Shown: positions 19,464-28,847, numbered from the stretch's first letter. The stretch is DNA of 64,000 bases from Nitrospinales bacterium (GCA_965223795.1 CBDCXL010000001.1:192001-256000); one strand, 5' to 3'. Made by a program: numbers and translations. The notes: a model not told the origin generated them from the sequence alone.

Positions 19464-19679
19464 ATGACAAAACAGGCGATCACCGTGAACGGCATGAGCT
19501 GCGGCCATTGCGTGGAGACGATCAACAAGGCGGTGGGGGCGCTGCCGGGCGTGCAGGCCGTGAACGTGGAACTGGAGCTGAAACGGGTGTCCGTGGAATA
19601 CGACGCAGCGGCCACGGGACTGGAAGAAATATCCGACGCCATCGCAAAAGCAGGTTTTGAGGTGGAAGGGCAGGGCTAG
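19464..19679 (+). CDS. copZ: Copper chaperone (HMA domain)
   Basis: GMSCGHC motif, 71 aa, SD AGGAG. Confidence 0.9.
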   Translation: MTKQAITVNGMSCGHCVETINKAVGALPGVQAVNVELELKRVSVEYDAAATGLEEISDAIAKAGFEVEGQG

Positions 19680-19722
19680 TCCAACACGAGACATCTTAAA
19701 TACCAGGAACAGGGACGATTTT

Positions 19723-20568
19723 ATGAATAAGAATTCAGTAAAATTCGTTTCGACATCACTGCAGATTCTTGCTTTTTTCAGCTTATTCGTGGCACACGCA
19801 AATTCACATGCTTCTGATAAAGCGGTAGGGACTGCTCCACGGGAGTTGGATAAACCAACCCAGACAAACCGCTCTGTGCTCAATTGTTTGAAACCTAAGG
19901 GCCATCATTTATCTTTCAAAGAATTCACTTGTCCCATTGGAGGTGAAAAATTCAAAAATCTGGTAATTGGTACGCATTCCTGGTTTGGAAGGCACCTAGA
20001 CGGGGAGCCGGTTTCTTATCTTGATTTTCCCGCGCCATTGGTGGTGTGCCCTGGCAATGGGTTTATCATCACTGAGGAAAAATACTCAGATGACGAGCTT
20101 AAAAAACTAAAAAAAGTCATTGAATCTGTGGAATACAAAGAAATATTTTCAAGAAACCATGCAAGTTATTATCTGTTTGCCAAGCAGAATGAAATGCTTC
20201 AGGAGCGAAGCGAGGATCGCTGGTGGTTTTTGTTGAACGCGACTTGGGAGGCGGATGAATGCAATGATTCAGGAAAATACAAGCTTTATGCTCATGAGGC
20301 CATAGATGCGGGAAAGCATGTTCTGAAGGAGATCAAAACAGGGGATGAAAAATATTGGAGGCTAAATGTGATCATTCCCAATCTTTATCGCAGAATAGGA
20401 GATTTTGAATCGGCTCAGGCTTGGATCGACGCACTTGATGGACGATTGCCCGAAGAAAAAAAACAGAAGGAGTATTTTGAACTTGCGTTCCGGTTGCTAC
20501 GCAGGGCGGTATTAGAACGAGACTCCTCTCAAATCCGGATCGAAGAATCCAAAACCGTTGAGAAATGA
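19723..20568 (+). CDS. Secreted hypothetical protein (DUF2225-like), AT-rich
   Basis: Signal peptide, FTCPIGGEKF...LVVCPGNG, and a TPR-like LYRRIGDFESA. Confidence 0.7.
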   Translation: MNKNSVKFVSTSLQILAFFSLFVAHANSHASDKAVGTAPRELDKPTQTNRSVLNCLKPKGHHLSFKEFTCPIGGEKFKNLVIGTHSWFGRHLDGEPVSYLDFPAPLVVCPGNGFIITEEKYSDDELKKLKKVIESVEYKEIFSRNHASYYLFAKQNEMLQERSEDRWWFLLNATWEADECNDSGKYKLYAHEAIDAGKHVLKEIKTGDEKYWRLNVIIPNLYRRIGDFESAQAWIDALDGRLPEEKKQKEYFELAFRLLRRAVLERDSSQIRIEESKTVEK

Positions 20569-20613
20569 ATTCATGAAGTCGTCGTTCAATTCAAAAACTT
20601 GCTTAAACCCGAT

Positions 20614-21096
20614 TCAAACCAGAACGGGGCGGGTGTCGAAATCGAGGTCTTCGCGATTGGGTTTGGGCGTGGGTTCGTTGCACAATCCGCCGCAGTCGGC
20701 GCCGCCGGAACTCACCGGGGATTCGCCGAACGTTTCCAGAAACAGGGCGTCGGTTTCGTCGAAGGCGTCCTGCATGTTCCTGCGATCCGCTTCGCCGCGC
20801 AGGCCGAAGTAGGGGAAGTGGTGGAAATACCGTCCGAACAGGTTCTCGCAGTCGGCCATGTACTTTTTGCTGTCGAGGATGTGGGTGTGCCAGAACGTGT
20901 CGATGTCCTTGCTGGGCACCAGGGTTTTGTCCGGATGGACGCGCACGAGGTAGAGAAACCGGCGGTACCAGGTTTCCAGCATCTCCGCTTTCTCGGCGGA
21001 CCAGCCGGGACCGGCCTCTCCCTTGATCAGCAGATACTTGATCGGCTCCAGATCGAGCCCGCGGTTGAACGCTGCGTATGAAATTTCCGTTTTCAT
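20614..21096 (-). CDS. Glycine-rich-domain-like (DUF1399-type) protein
   Basis: YRRFLYL...PSKDIDTFWHTHILD..Y..DC...FG.YFHHFP. Confidence 0.8.
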   Translation of the reverse strand: MKTEISYAAFNRGLDLEPIKYLLIKGEAGPGWSAEKAEMLETWYRRFLYLVRVHPDKTLVPSKDIDTFWHTHILDSKKYMADCENLFGRYFHHFPYFGLRGEADRRNMQDAFDETDALFLETFGESPVSSGGADCGGLCNEPTPKPNREDLDFDTRPVLV

Positions 21097-21129
21097 CGTT
21101 TTTTCCCTTCGTGCATGGTGTCCGCGGTA

Positions 21130-22302
21130 TCAGGACAGCTGTTCCAGTTTGCCTATTTTGGCGCGGACGGTTTTTTCGGAACCGTTGCGGATGATCTTGA
21201 TGGTCACGACCTTGCCGATCTGCGTCTGCGCCACCATCATCTGAAATTTCTTCGAGCCCAGCACCTGCCTGCCGTCGTACTGGACGATGATGTCTCCGCG
21301 CAGAATGCCGGCATCCTTCGCCGGTGTCTTGTTGTCGACGCCGCTCACCAGCACGCCGTTTTTGACCTGACGCAATTGAAACGAGGTGGCGAGCTCCGGA
21401 GTCAGCGACTGGATGCTGACGCCGAGCCAGCCGCGTTTGACTTCTCCCTGGTCGATCAGGTCGTTCGCCACATTGAGGGCCATGTCGATGGGGATCGCGA
21501 ATCCGACGCCGGAGCCGATTTCGGCGACGGCGGTGTTGATGCCGATGATGGCGCCTTCCAGGTTGATCAGGGGGCCGCCGCTGTTGCCGGGATTGATGGA
21601 CGCGTCGGTCTGGATGAAGTTCTCGAACGTGGTGATGCCGAGGTCGCTGCGTCCCTGGCCGCTGATCACGCCGACCGTCACGGTGCCTTCCAGCCCATAG
21701 GGGTTGCCGATGGCCATGACCCATTCTCCCACCCTGACGTTACCGGAGGTGGCGAAGACCGGGCTTGCCAGCTTGCGGATCGATGCGATCTTGATCACGG
21801 CCAGATCGGTCAGGGGATCGATGCCGATGATCCGGGCGTAGTAATCCTTGCCGTTGGACAGCTTGATGAGCAGCCGGGGGACGTCCTTGATGACGTGATG
21901 GTTGGTGAGGATGTATCCCTGCGGGTTGAGCAGGACGCCGGAGCCGACGTTCTCCACGCGGTATTTTTTCTCACCCACGGTGCGCACCAGCCAGTCCTTG
22001 ATGAACGCGTACCAGGGCTTGGATTCGTCCGGGCGGTGCCAGGAGGACTGGCGCACGACACGGGTGACTTTATTGATGCCCACCACCGAGGGCTTGGTCT
22101 GCCTGGCGTTGCGGACGAACGCTTCCTGCAGCTGAACGATGTTCTTGTATTCCTGCCGGTCGGCCAGGGGGTGGGCGGTTTCCTGAACGTGGGGCGGGTC
22201 GAGCGAGGGACGTTCGTCCACGAGCCAGGCGGCCGCCGCCATGAGCGCCAGCACCAGAAGAACCGTCTGATAAAGCCTGTGGTTGTTGGAGGCCATGGAC
22301 AT
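21130..22302 (-). CDS. HtrA/DegP/DegQ family serine protease with a PDZ domain
   Basis: GSGV, TNHHV, TDLAV, QTDASINPGNSGGP, and an RGWLGV PDZ domain. Confidence 0.95.
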   Translation of the reverse strand: MSMASNNHRLYQTVLLVLALMAAAAWLVDERPSLDPPHVQETAHPLADRQEYKNIVQLQEAFVRNARQTKPSVVGINKVTRVVRQSSWHRPDESKPWYAFIKDWLVRTVGEKKYRVENVGSGVLLNPQGYILTNHHVIKDVPRLLIKLSNGKDYYARIIGIDPLTDLAVIKIASIRKLASPVFATSGNVRVGEWVMAIGNPYGLEGTVTVGVISGQGRSDLGITTFENFIQTDASINPGNSGGPLINLEGAIIGINTAVAEIGSGVGFAIPIDMALNVANDLIDQGEVKRGWLGVSIQSLTPELATSFQLRQVKNGVLVSGVDNKTPAKDAGILRGDIIVQYDGRQVLGSKKFQMMVAQTQIGKVVTIKIIRNGSEKTVRAKIGKLEQLS

Positions 22303-22330
22303 TCCTTTATCGTTCGCCGGTCCCCAGTGT

Positions 22331-23062
22331 TTACTTTTGATCCTTCATGAATCCCTGATACAGCGTGACGATTCCCAGTGTCAGGTCCTGATGGGTGACG
22401 GAATCGAATCCCGCATCCCGCATGATGCCCGCGAATTCCGCTCGCATCGGAAAACGCGACACCGACTGCGGCAGGTACGCGTAGGCGTTTTTGTGGCGCG
22501 AAATCCACCGGCCGATGCGGGGCAGCACCGATTGAAAATACAGTTTGTAGCCCCAACCTAGAAGCGGCTGCGACGGATGTGAAAATTCCAGGATCACCGC
22601 CCGTCCGCCCGGTTTCAGCACCCGCGCCATCTCGCTAAGGCCGCGCGCCGGATTGGAGAAATTGCGGATGCCGAACGCGCAGACCAGACCGTCGAAACTG
22701 GCCGGGGCGAAGGGGAGATTTTCCCCGCAGCCCTTCTGCAGCGCGATCGAACCGCCGAAGCCGCGCCTGCGGATCTTGCGGGCGCCGCGCTCGAGCATGG
22801 GAGCGCTGAAATCGATGCCCGAAACCTGAACGTGCCCGTTCAGGCGCGAGGCGATTTCCAGGGCCATGTCCGCGGTGCCGGTGGCCACATCGAGAAAGCG
22901 CTCTCCTTTTCGGGGAGACAGCCGGTCCACCGCCGTTTTTCTCCAATAGCGGTCCCGGCCCGCGCTGAGCAGCGCGTTGAGCAGATCGTACCGGGGCGCG
23001 ACGGCGCCGAACATGGTTTGAACCTGCCGCGAAAATACGGCCGGATCGCCTGAAGTCTGCAT
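22331..23062 (-). CDS. ubiE: UbiE/MenG family methyltransferase
   Basis: MFGAVAPRYDLLN, LDVATGTAD, AFGIRN, RVLKPGG, AYAYL. An alternative GTG start lies at 23110. Confidence 0.92.
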   Translation of the reverse strand: MQTSGDPAVFSRQVQTMFGAVAPRYDLLNALLSAGRDRYWRKTAVDRLSPRKGERFLDVATGTADMALEIASRLNGHVQVSGIDFSAPMLERGARKIRRRGFGGSIALQKGCGENLPFAPASFDGLVCAFGIRNFSNPARGLSEMARVLKPGGRAVILEFSHPSQPLLGWGYKLYFQSVLPRIGRWISRHKNAYAYLPQSVSRFPMRAEFAGIMRDAGFDSVTHQDLTLGIVTLYQGFMKDQK

Positions 23063-23280
23063 GGTTTCGCGACGCCCCGAAGGAGCCCACTCGTTCTGTA
23101 AGCCGTTCACGCCTGCAAAGACAACGCTGTGAACGGACCGGGATGCAATGCTCGAATTCTACCACCGGAGAACATGGGGGACAAGCGGGTTTCGGCAACG
23201 GGTCCGCCGAACCGGGACGCCTTGATATTCTGAATGCGGAAGAGTAGAATTTTCGTTATTGAACATCGTGAGGGCAGGGC

Positions 23281-23829
23281 ATGAAAAAAGTACTGGTGGC
23301 GCTGGCTCCCGGTTTCGAAGAGATCGAGACCGTGACCGTGGTGGACATTCTTCGGCGTTCGGGAGCGCGCGTGACGCTTGCGGGAACGGCGGAAGGCCCG
23401 CTGGAGGGGTCGCGCGGTATCCGCATCGATCCCGATTGCCTGCTGGATGGGCTGAGCGCGGATGAGTTCGATCTGGTGGTGCTGCCGGGCGGGCAGCCGG
23501 GAACCGACAACCTGAACGCCAACGTCGGCCTGCAGGAAATCCTCAAGCGCATGCATGCGGATGGAAAGCCCATTGCGGCGATCTGCGCCGCGCCCACGGT
23601 GCTGCACGGGCTGGGCCTGCTGCACAACAAGACCGCGACCAGCCACCCGTCGGTGAAGGACAAGCTCAACGGCACCCGGTATTCCGAAAACCGGGTGGAG
23701 GTGGACGGCAATATCGTCACCAGCCGCAGCCCTGGGACGGCGATGGAGTTCGCCATGAAGCTGGTGGCCATTCTGTACGGCGAGGACAGGGTCGAAACGG
23801 TGAACAAGGGCGTGCTCGCCCGGATTTGA
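23281..23829 (+). CDS. DJ-1/ThiJ/YajL family protein
   Basis: GFEEIE, LPGG, AAICAAP, TSRSPGTAMEFA. Confidence 0.93.
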   Translation: MKKVLVALAPGFEEIETVTVVDILRRSGARVTLAGTAEGPLEGSRGIRIDPDCLLDGLSADEFDLVVLPGGQPGTDNLNANVGLQEILKRMHADGKPIAAICAAPTVLHGLGLLHNKTATSHPSVKDKLNGTRYSENRVEVDGNIVTSRSPGTAMEFAMKLVAILYGEDRVETVNKGVLARI

Positions 23830-24102
23830 TTCCGGGGGGCCGGATTAAAGTCCGGCATGGGTTTTCCGACAAGGATACTGCGGAAAGAAAACAAATATTT
23901 CTGGTAAATATTATCGAGATCCTGTATAAATTGTTGAATTTTAATTGGCAATTTCAGCGGCGCCGCAGATTTCCGGTGCGCTGAAAAAAAGTTCTCCGAT
24001 TCGGTGGAACCTTTCCAGCCGAAATACATCCTAAAACTCAAGAAAACACCCGAAGCGTGATCAGGGCCGTATCTTGTAAGCGTTTTTGAGGAGGTTTTGA
24101 GA

Positions 24103-24336
24103 ATGTATGTCAATGTTTCCCGCAGCAAGCTGCTGATCAACAACCGGCGACCGCCGAAAAAAAAGAAGAAGGCCGCCGAACCTTCCATTCGCTGCAACCA
24201 CTGTGGAGGGCCGATCCGCCCCGACGGTGAGTTTTTTAATTGTCTCATGTGTTCCCGTGAGCAGAATCATATCTGCTCCACCTGCGCGCACGTTCGCAGC
24301 ACGGAGGTGGCGGGAAAAGATAAAAAGAGCGCCTGA
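24103..24336 (+). CDS. Small basic Cys-rich (zinc-finger-like) protein
   Basis: SD GAGGAGG, a PKKKKK stretch, and three CxxC motifs (CNHC, CLMC, CSTC). Confidence 0.7.
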   Translation: MYVNVSRSKLLINNRRPPKKKKKAAEPSIRCNHCGGPIRPDGEFFNCLMCSREQNHICSTCAHVRSTEVAGKDKKSA

Positions 24337-24428
24337 AGTCCGGGCGCTCGCCCTTTTTCCCATTCCTTCCAATGCTTCATCCATTCGCCCAATCGGGCGA
24401 TCCATTCCTGACGCCGTTCAATCTATCT

Positions 24429-26330
24429 TTATCCGCTTAAATTCAAGCCGATCCATTTTTTCAGAATGTAGAGCGCCCACGGGCGCGACCAGGCGATTCG
24501 TTTTGCCATGAAATCGTTCCATATCTTTTCAACGGCCGCGTCGGACACGAAACCGGACAGCGGCGGCACGGGACTCAATAGAACGGATTCGATTTCCGGC
24601 TTCAACGCGCCGCGCATCCAGTGCTCGAAGGGCAGGGTGAAGCCCATTTTTTTTCGCTGCACGATTTCCTCCGGCAGTCCGTTTTGGACCGATTGGGCCA
24701 ACAGGTGTTTCGGCGTCGCGCTTTTAAATTTCAGCGCAGCGGGCAGGGAAAACACGCTCTCCACCAGTTCGTGGTCGATCAGAGGTACGCGGATCTCCAG
24801 GCCATGCGCCATGCCCATCGCATCGGTGTCGCGCAGCAGCGTGTTGGGCAGGTAGTGCGTCAGTTCGAGAAAGGAGATCTGATCCCGCTCGTCGAGCGCG
24901 CGGATCGCCTCCATTGCAATTGCGGTGGATTCACGGTGCCGGGCGATTTCCCGCTGCAATGATGCGGCGTCCAGGAACAATTGCGCGAGGTCGTCCTCGC
25001 AGAACAGCGCCCGGATCAGATAATAATACGGGTGGCTGCCGCCGGTCTGGCCGCAAAGCAGGTGCGCGAGCTTGGACGCCTTCCCGCCCGTGCGGCTCAG
25101 CCGCTTGAGCGCGGTTCCCATAAGCCCCGGAATGGAAGAGGGCAGGGGGGCGAGAAACGCATGCAGGCGGGAAAACTTCGGCACAAGCTGGAACGCTTCG
25201 TAACCGCCGAACAGCTCATCGCCGCCGATGCCCGAAAGGGCGGCTTTCCATCCTCTCTGTTTCGCGCAGCGGGCAATGAGCCAGGTGTTGATGCCATCGA
25301 CGGAAGGCTGGTCCATCGCCGCGACCGCCAGGGGCAGGGCGTCGAGAAGGTCGTCTTGCGTCAGGGGCAGGGCGTGGTGATCGGTGCCGTAGCGTTCGGC
25401 GATGAGGCTGGAGTAGCGGGACTCATCGTAATCCTGTTCGCCGTACACCACCGATAAAGTCGGAAGCGGCTGCTGCGACTGGGAGGCAGCGTGCGCGACG
25501 ACGGCGCTGGAATCGATGCCGCCGCTCAAAAACGCGCCCAGCGGCGCGTCGCTGATCAGCCGGTAGCGGAGGGATGTCTCGAGTTTTTCCCGCACGATTT
25601 CCTGCGCGTCGCCGACTGGATCGTGCGCGGAGCGGGCAGGGGACCAGTAGCGCTGCATTTCAATCTGCCCGCCGATGGAAATGGAAAGCCAGTGGCCGGG
25701 AGGCAGTTCGTGGATGGAACCGATGAGCGTTTCGGGAGCGGACAGGCTGCCGAAGCTCAGATAGTGAAACAGTCCGGCCGGGTTGAGGGCGCGGTCCGGG
25801 ATTTCCGAAGCGAGCAGGGCGCGCAGTTCCGAGGCGAAGAGGAAACCGTTTTCGTTGTGGAAATAGTAGAGCGGCTTGATGCCGAGCCGGTCGCGCGCCA
25901 GGAAGAGGGCGTTGCGCTCAGCGTCCCAGATGGCGAAGGCGAACAGGCCGCGCAGGCGGTCAAGGCAATCGATGCCCCATTCTTCGTAGGCCTTGAGCAG
26001 CACTTCGGTGTCGGAGTGGGAGGCGAAGCGGTATTTGGAGGCGAGTTCGTCGCGCAGTTCGCGGTAGTTGTAGATTTCGCTGTTGGTGGAAATCCACAGC
26101 GTCTGCGCGTCGTTGGCCATGGGCTGGTGGCCGCCGGGCGTGAGGTCGATGATGGACAGGCGCTGGTGGCCCAGGTGCAGGGCCTTGCCTCCGGGAACGG
26201 ACAGGTTCACCTCGCCGCGGTCGTCCGGGCCGCGGTGCTGCATGCGGTCGAGCATGTGGCGCAGGCTGCGGCCGAGGTGATCGCCGAGACGGCCTTCACT
26301 GAAGTCGAAAATTCCGGCGATGCCGCACAT
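24429..26330 (-). CDS. asnB: Asparagine synthase (glutamine-hydrolysing) family amidotransferase
   Basis: MCGIAG, HRGPD, RLSIIDL, RDRLGIKPLY, LSGGIDSS, SGIGGDELFGGY. Confidence 0.93.
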   Translation of the reverse strand: MCGIAGIFDFSEGRLGDHLGRSLRHMLDRMQHRGPDDRGEVNLSVPGGKALHLGHQRLSIIDLTPGGHQPMANDAQTLWISTNSEIYNYRELRDELASKYRFASHSDTEVLLKAYEEWGIDCLDRLRGLFAFAIWDAERNALFLARDRLGIKPLYYFHNENGFLFASELRALLASEIPDRALNPAGLFHYLSFGSLSAPETLIGSIHELPPGHWLSISIGGQIEMQRYWSPARSAHDPVGDAQEIVREKLETSLRYRLISDAPLGAFLSGGIDSSAVVAHAASQSQQPLPTLSVVYGEQDYDESRYSSLIAERYGTDHHALPLTQDDLLDALPLAVAAMDQPSVDGINTWLIARCAKQRGWKAALSGIGGDELFGGYEAFQLVPKFSRLHAFLAPLPSSIPGLMGTALKRLSRTGGKASKLAHLLCGQTGGSHPYYYLIRALFCEDDLAQLFLDAASLQREIARHRESTAIAMEAIRALDERDQISFLELTHYLPNTLLRDTDAMGMAHGLEIRVPLIDHELVESVFSLPAALKFKSATPKHLLAQSVQNGLPEEIVQRKKMGFTLPFEHWMRGALKPEIESVLLSPVPPLSGFVSDAAVEKIWNDFMAKRIAWSRPWALYILKKWIGLNLSG

Positions 26331-26399
26331 GGTTCAGAAGACTAGACAGGATAACAGGATAAGAAGAATAGAGGATTCAAAAAACAAAAGAAAATTATT

Positions 26400-26425
26400 A
26401 CCGCAAAGACGCAGAGGACGCAAAG
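26400..26425 (+). repeat. Dispersed 26-bp intergenic repeat, copy 2
   Basis: Exact inverted match to 10959-10984. GACAGGATAACAGGAT lies nearby at 26345-26360. Confidence 0.85.
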
Positions 26426-26452
26426 GAAAACAAGAAATGAAAGAGGGGATTG

Positions 26453-26812
26453 TTACACGCCGACATCCGACCAGACGGCGAACTCGTTGCCGTTGGGGTC
26501 GGCGAAGTGAAACCGGCGGCCGCCGGGAAACGAAAAGGTGGGTTTGACGATCGTGCCGCCCGCCGCCTCGATTCTGGCCTGTGTCTGTTCCAGTTCCTTG
26601 CTGTAAAAGACGATGAGGGCGGCGCCGTTTTCCGTGGACGAGGACAGACCGGACTTGAAAAAACCGCCTTCGAGACCGGCGTTGGAAAAGGCGGTGTACT
26701 CCGGCCCGTAATCCTGAAACGACCAGGCAAACACCTTTTGGAAAAAGACTTTGGTGGCTTCGAGGTCTTTCGCTGGAAACTCGACGTAATTGATTTTTTC
26801 GTGCGGGTTCAT
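26453..26812 (-). CDS. VOC/glyoxalase family protein
   Basis: INYVEFPAKDL...FPGGRRFHFADPNGNEFAVWS. Its ATG overlaps the upstream gene's stop codon. Confidence 0.9.
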   Translation of the reverse strand: MNPHEKINYVEFPAKDLEATKVFFQKVFAWSFQDYGPEYTAFSNAGLEGGFFKSGLSSSTENGAALIVFYSKELEQTQARIEAAGGTIVKPTFSFPGGRRFHFADPNGNEFAVWSDVGV

Positions 26813-27330
26813 TGTGCATGTACCGGTTTCATAAATTGAATTTCTTCCTTTGAGCAAACTTTCTTGATATCGAGCATATTGTAGTACATGCCATTTTCAT
26901 TGGAATTAACTTCATAATTTATTAGCTGGATCAATTCACCCGATGCCATGTTGAACAACAGCGCATGTCCTTCACGCCATACATAACCAGATTCTCTCGT
27001 TATCAATTCAAAATTCACGTAAGGAGGTAAATCTGACAAATCGTGGTACCAGGAACCAAAAGCTCGAAGATTGCTGAGAGCGGGTTCTTTGAATAGAGAG
27101 GTTAAGCAGGGCGGCAGTGTGACTGTATTTTTTCCGAATCGAAGAGTCACAGACGTGCTGATTGCTTTCTTATCAATGTTAATGGAAACAGGTGCGTATT
27201 CCTCTGGAATACCGTCAAGGGTTCCACTTTGAGTGATCTTGAAAATACGATCTACATGGGAATAGGCAGGAGATACGATGGTGAGTATGAATGTAGCAAT
27301 AAGAAATTTTAAAGAAAAATACTTTTTCAT
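26809..27330 (-). CDS. Secreted hypothetical protein, AT-rich
   Basis: 173-aa ORF with a signal peptide (MKKYFSLK...SPAYS), translationally coupled to the VOC gene. Confidence 0.75.
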   Translation of the reverse strand: MKKYFSLKFLIATFILTIVSPAYSHVDRIFKITQSGTLDGIPEEYAPVSINIDKKAISTSVTLRFGKNTVTLPPCLTSLFKEPALSNLRAFGSWYHDLSDLPPYVNFELITRESGYVWREGHALLFNMASGELIQLINYEVNSNENGMYYNMLDIKKVCSKEEIQFMKPVHAQ

Positions 27331-27347
27331 TTCAAAATGATAGCTGT

Positions 27348-27535
27348 TTAAAGCCAGTCGTGGGTCAATGTCATAACCGTAATTAAATAAAAGTAAAACG
27401 ATAAAATAAGTGTTGGAAGAAATAGAAGGTGTACTCTTTTATCTCCCTTGTATTGCCATAGAGAGTAAATGATGGCAATCAATCCTAAAACAAAGAATGA
27501 ATGTAGTATTCCAACGAGTATCGATTCCCAATCCA
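27348..27535 (-). pseudogene. 5'-truncated membrane-protein gene remnant abutting dif
   Basis: The stop-free frame DWESILVGILHSFFVLGLIAIIYSLWQYKGDKRVHLLFLPTLILSFYFYLITVMTLTHDWL* has no start codon before an in-frame TGA inside dif. Confidence 0.55.
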
Positions 27536-27563
27536 GATTCCTATAATCTATATTATGTCAACT
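27536..27563 (+). other. dif site (XerC/XerD recombination site)
   Basis: GATTCCTATAA-TCTATA-TTATGTCAACT has the 11-6-11 layout and is close to B. subtilis and E. coli dif. KOPS polarity switches here. Confidence 0.85.
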
Positions 27564-27737
27564 AGTGGGGATCGGGATTCCGGCCTCCTGAGAGGCGATC
27601 TGAGGCTTGTTTTCAGGTAGATTCAGGGTTCCCCTTTGGTTTGCGCTTGATCGGGAAAACACCGGACTCGAAACCTGGGGATGCGGGTTGAAGAAAGCCA
27701 AGTGTCTTACGAGGTTGCGGCTTATGTTCCGCCCATC

Positions 27738-27780
27738 CTTCGACAGGCTCAGGATGACAACGACAGGCTGAGCATGACAG
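27738..27780 (+). repeat. REP-like element arms (CTTCGACAGGCTCAG family), two tandem copies
   Basis: CTTCGACAGGCTCAGGATGACA followed by ACGACAGGCTGAGCATGACAG. Matches the copies at 29916-29937 and 62454-62474. Confidence 0.8.
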
Positions 27781-27847
27781 ACGAAATGCTTGAGCGTCGG
27801 CCGGAAACGAAGCCAGCCGTGAGCAAACGGCCTCCCCGGCGAGGTTG

Positions 27848-28798
27848 TCAGGCTTTCTTCTGCAGGGAGGATTCCTTCACGGCCTGGGCCACGTGGTTGG
27901 AGGACAGGCCGTATTTTTCGAACAGTTCCGCAGCGGACCCGGTTTCCGCGAATTGATCCTCAACGGCCACTTTTCGGAAGGGAACGTGGATCTCGTTTTC
28001 GAGCAGCACTTCGCCCACCGCGTCGCCCAGGCCGCCGATGCGGTTGTGGTCCTCGGCGGTGACGACGGCGTCGTGGGTCTTCGCCTGCTCGACGATGAGA
28101 TCGCGGTCGATCGGCTTGAGGGTGGCGATGTTGACGATCGTGGGTTCCAGCCCTTCCTGTTTGAGCGCGTCGCACGCCTTGAGGCTTTCCTGGACCATGA
28201 TGCCGGTGGCGAAGATGACCACCCCCCTGCCCTGTCTGATGACGCTGCCCTTGCCGATTTCAAAGCGGTGGGTTTCGTCGTAAACGCCCATCACCTTGGA
28301 ACGGCCCAGCCGCAGATAGGCGGGACCTTTGTGGGTCATCAGCGCCTTGGTGGCCTGCCTGGCTTCCTCGAAGTCGGCGGGCTGGATCACCGTCATGTTG
28401 GGGATGGCGCGGGTGTAGGCGAGATCCACGATCATCTGCGCCGAGGGGCCGTCCTCGCCCACGGCGATGCCGGCGTGCGTGCCCACCAGCTTGACGTTGG
28501 TGTTGGAGTAGGCCAGGCTCACCAGGATCTGGTCCATGCTGCGGCCGAGCAGAAAGCAGGCGAAGCTGGTGGCGAAGGGGACCTTGCCGGTGGTCGCGAA
28601 ACCGGCGGCGGTGCACACCATGTCGCCTTCGCTGATGCCCATATTGAAAAAACGGTGCGGGTGCGCCTGCCCGTATTTTTTCGTGCGCGTGCTGTCGGAA
28701 ACCCCGGCGTCGAGCACGACGATGTCCGGGTGGTCGCCGATTTCCAGGAGCGCCGCTCCGTATCCGTCCCGGGTTGCCCCGTCACTTGCGCTTGCCAT
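27848..28798 (-). CDS. Transketolase, C-terminal subunit
   Basis: ATRDGYG, FFNMGISE, THAGIAVGEDGPSAQ, AYLRLGR, TAEDH..GGLG. Confidence 0.93.
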   Translation of the reverse strand: MASASDGATRDGYGAALLEIGDHPDIVVLDAGVSDSTRTKKYGQAHPHRFFNMGISEGDMVCTAAGFATTGKVPFATSFACFLLGRSMDQILVSLAYSNTNVKLVGTHAGIAVGEDGPSAQMIVDLAYTRAIPNMTVIQPADFEEARQATKALMTHKGPAYLRLGRSKVMGVYDETHRFEIGKGSVIRQGRGVVIFATGIMVQESLKACDALKQEGLEPTIVNIATLKPIDRDLIVEQAKTHDAVVTAEDHNRIGGLGDAVGEVLLENEIHVPFRKVAVEDQFAETGSAAELFEKYGLSSNHVAQAVKESSLQKKA

Positions 28799-28847
28799 CG
28801 TGTTTCCTTCCCAAAAATATATTAACGTTGCCGCTTAAAAAGCGGAG

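Noticed and set aside
26809..27563. Intact prophage or IMEX at dif
   Set aside because: No replication, recombinase or structural genes and no second att/dif copy were seen. Only a remnant is supportable.
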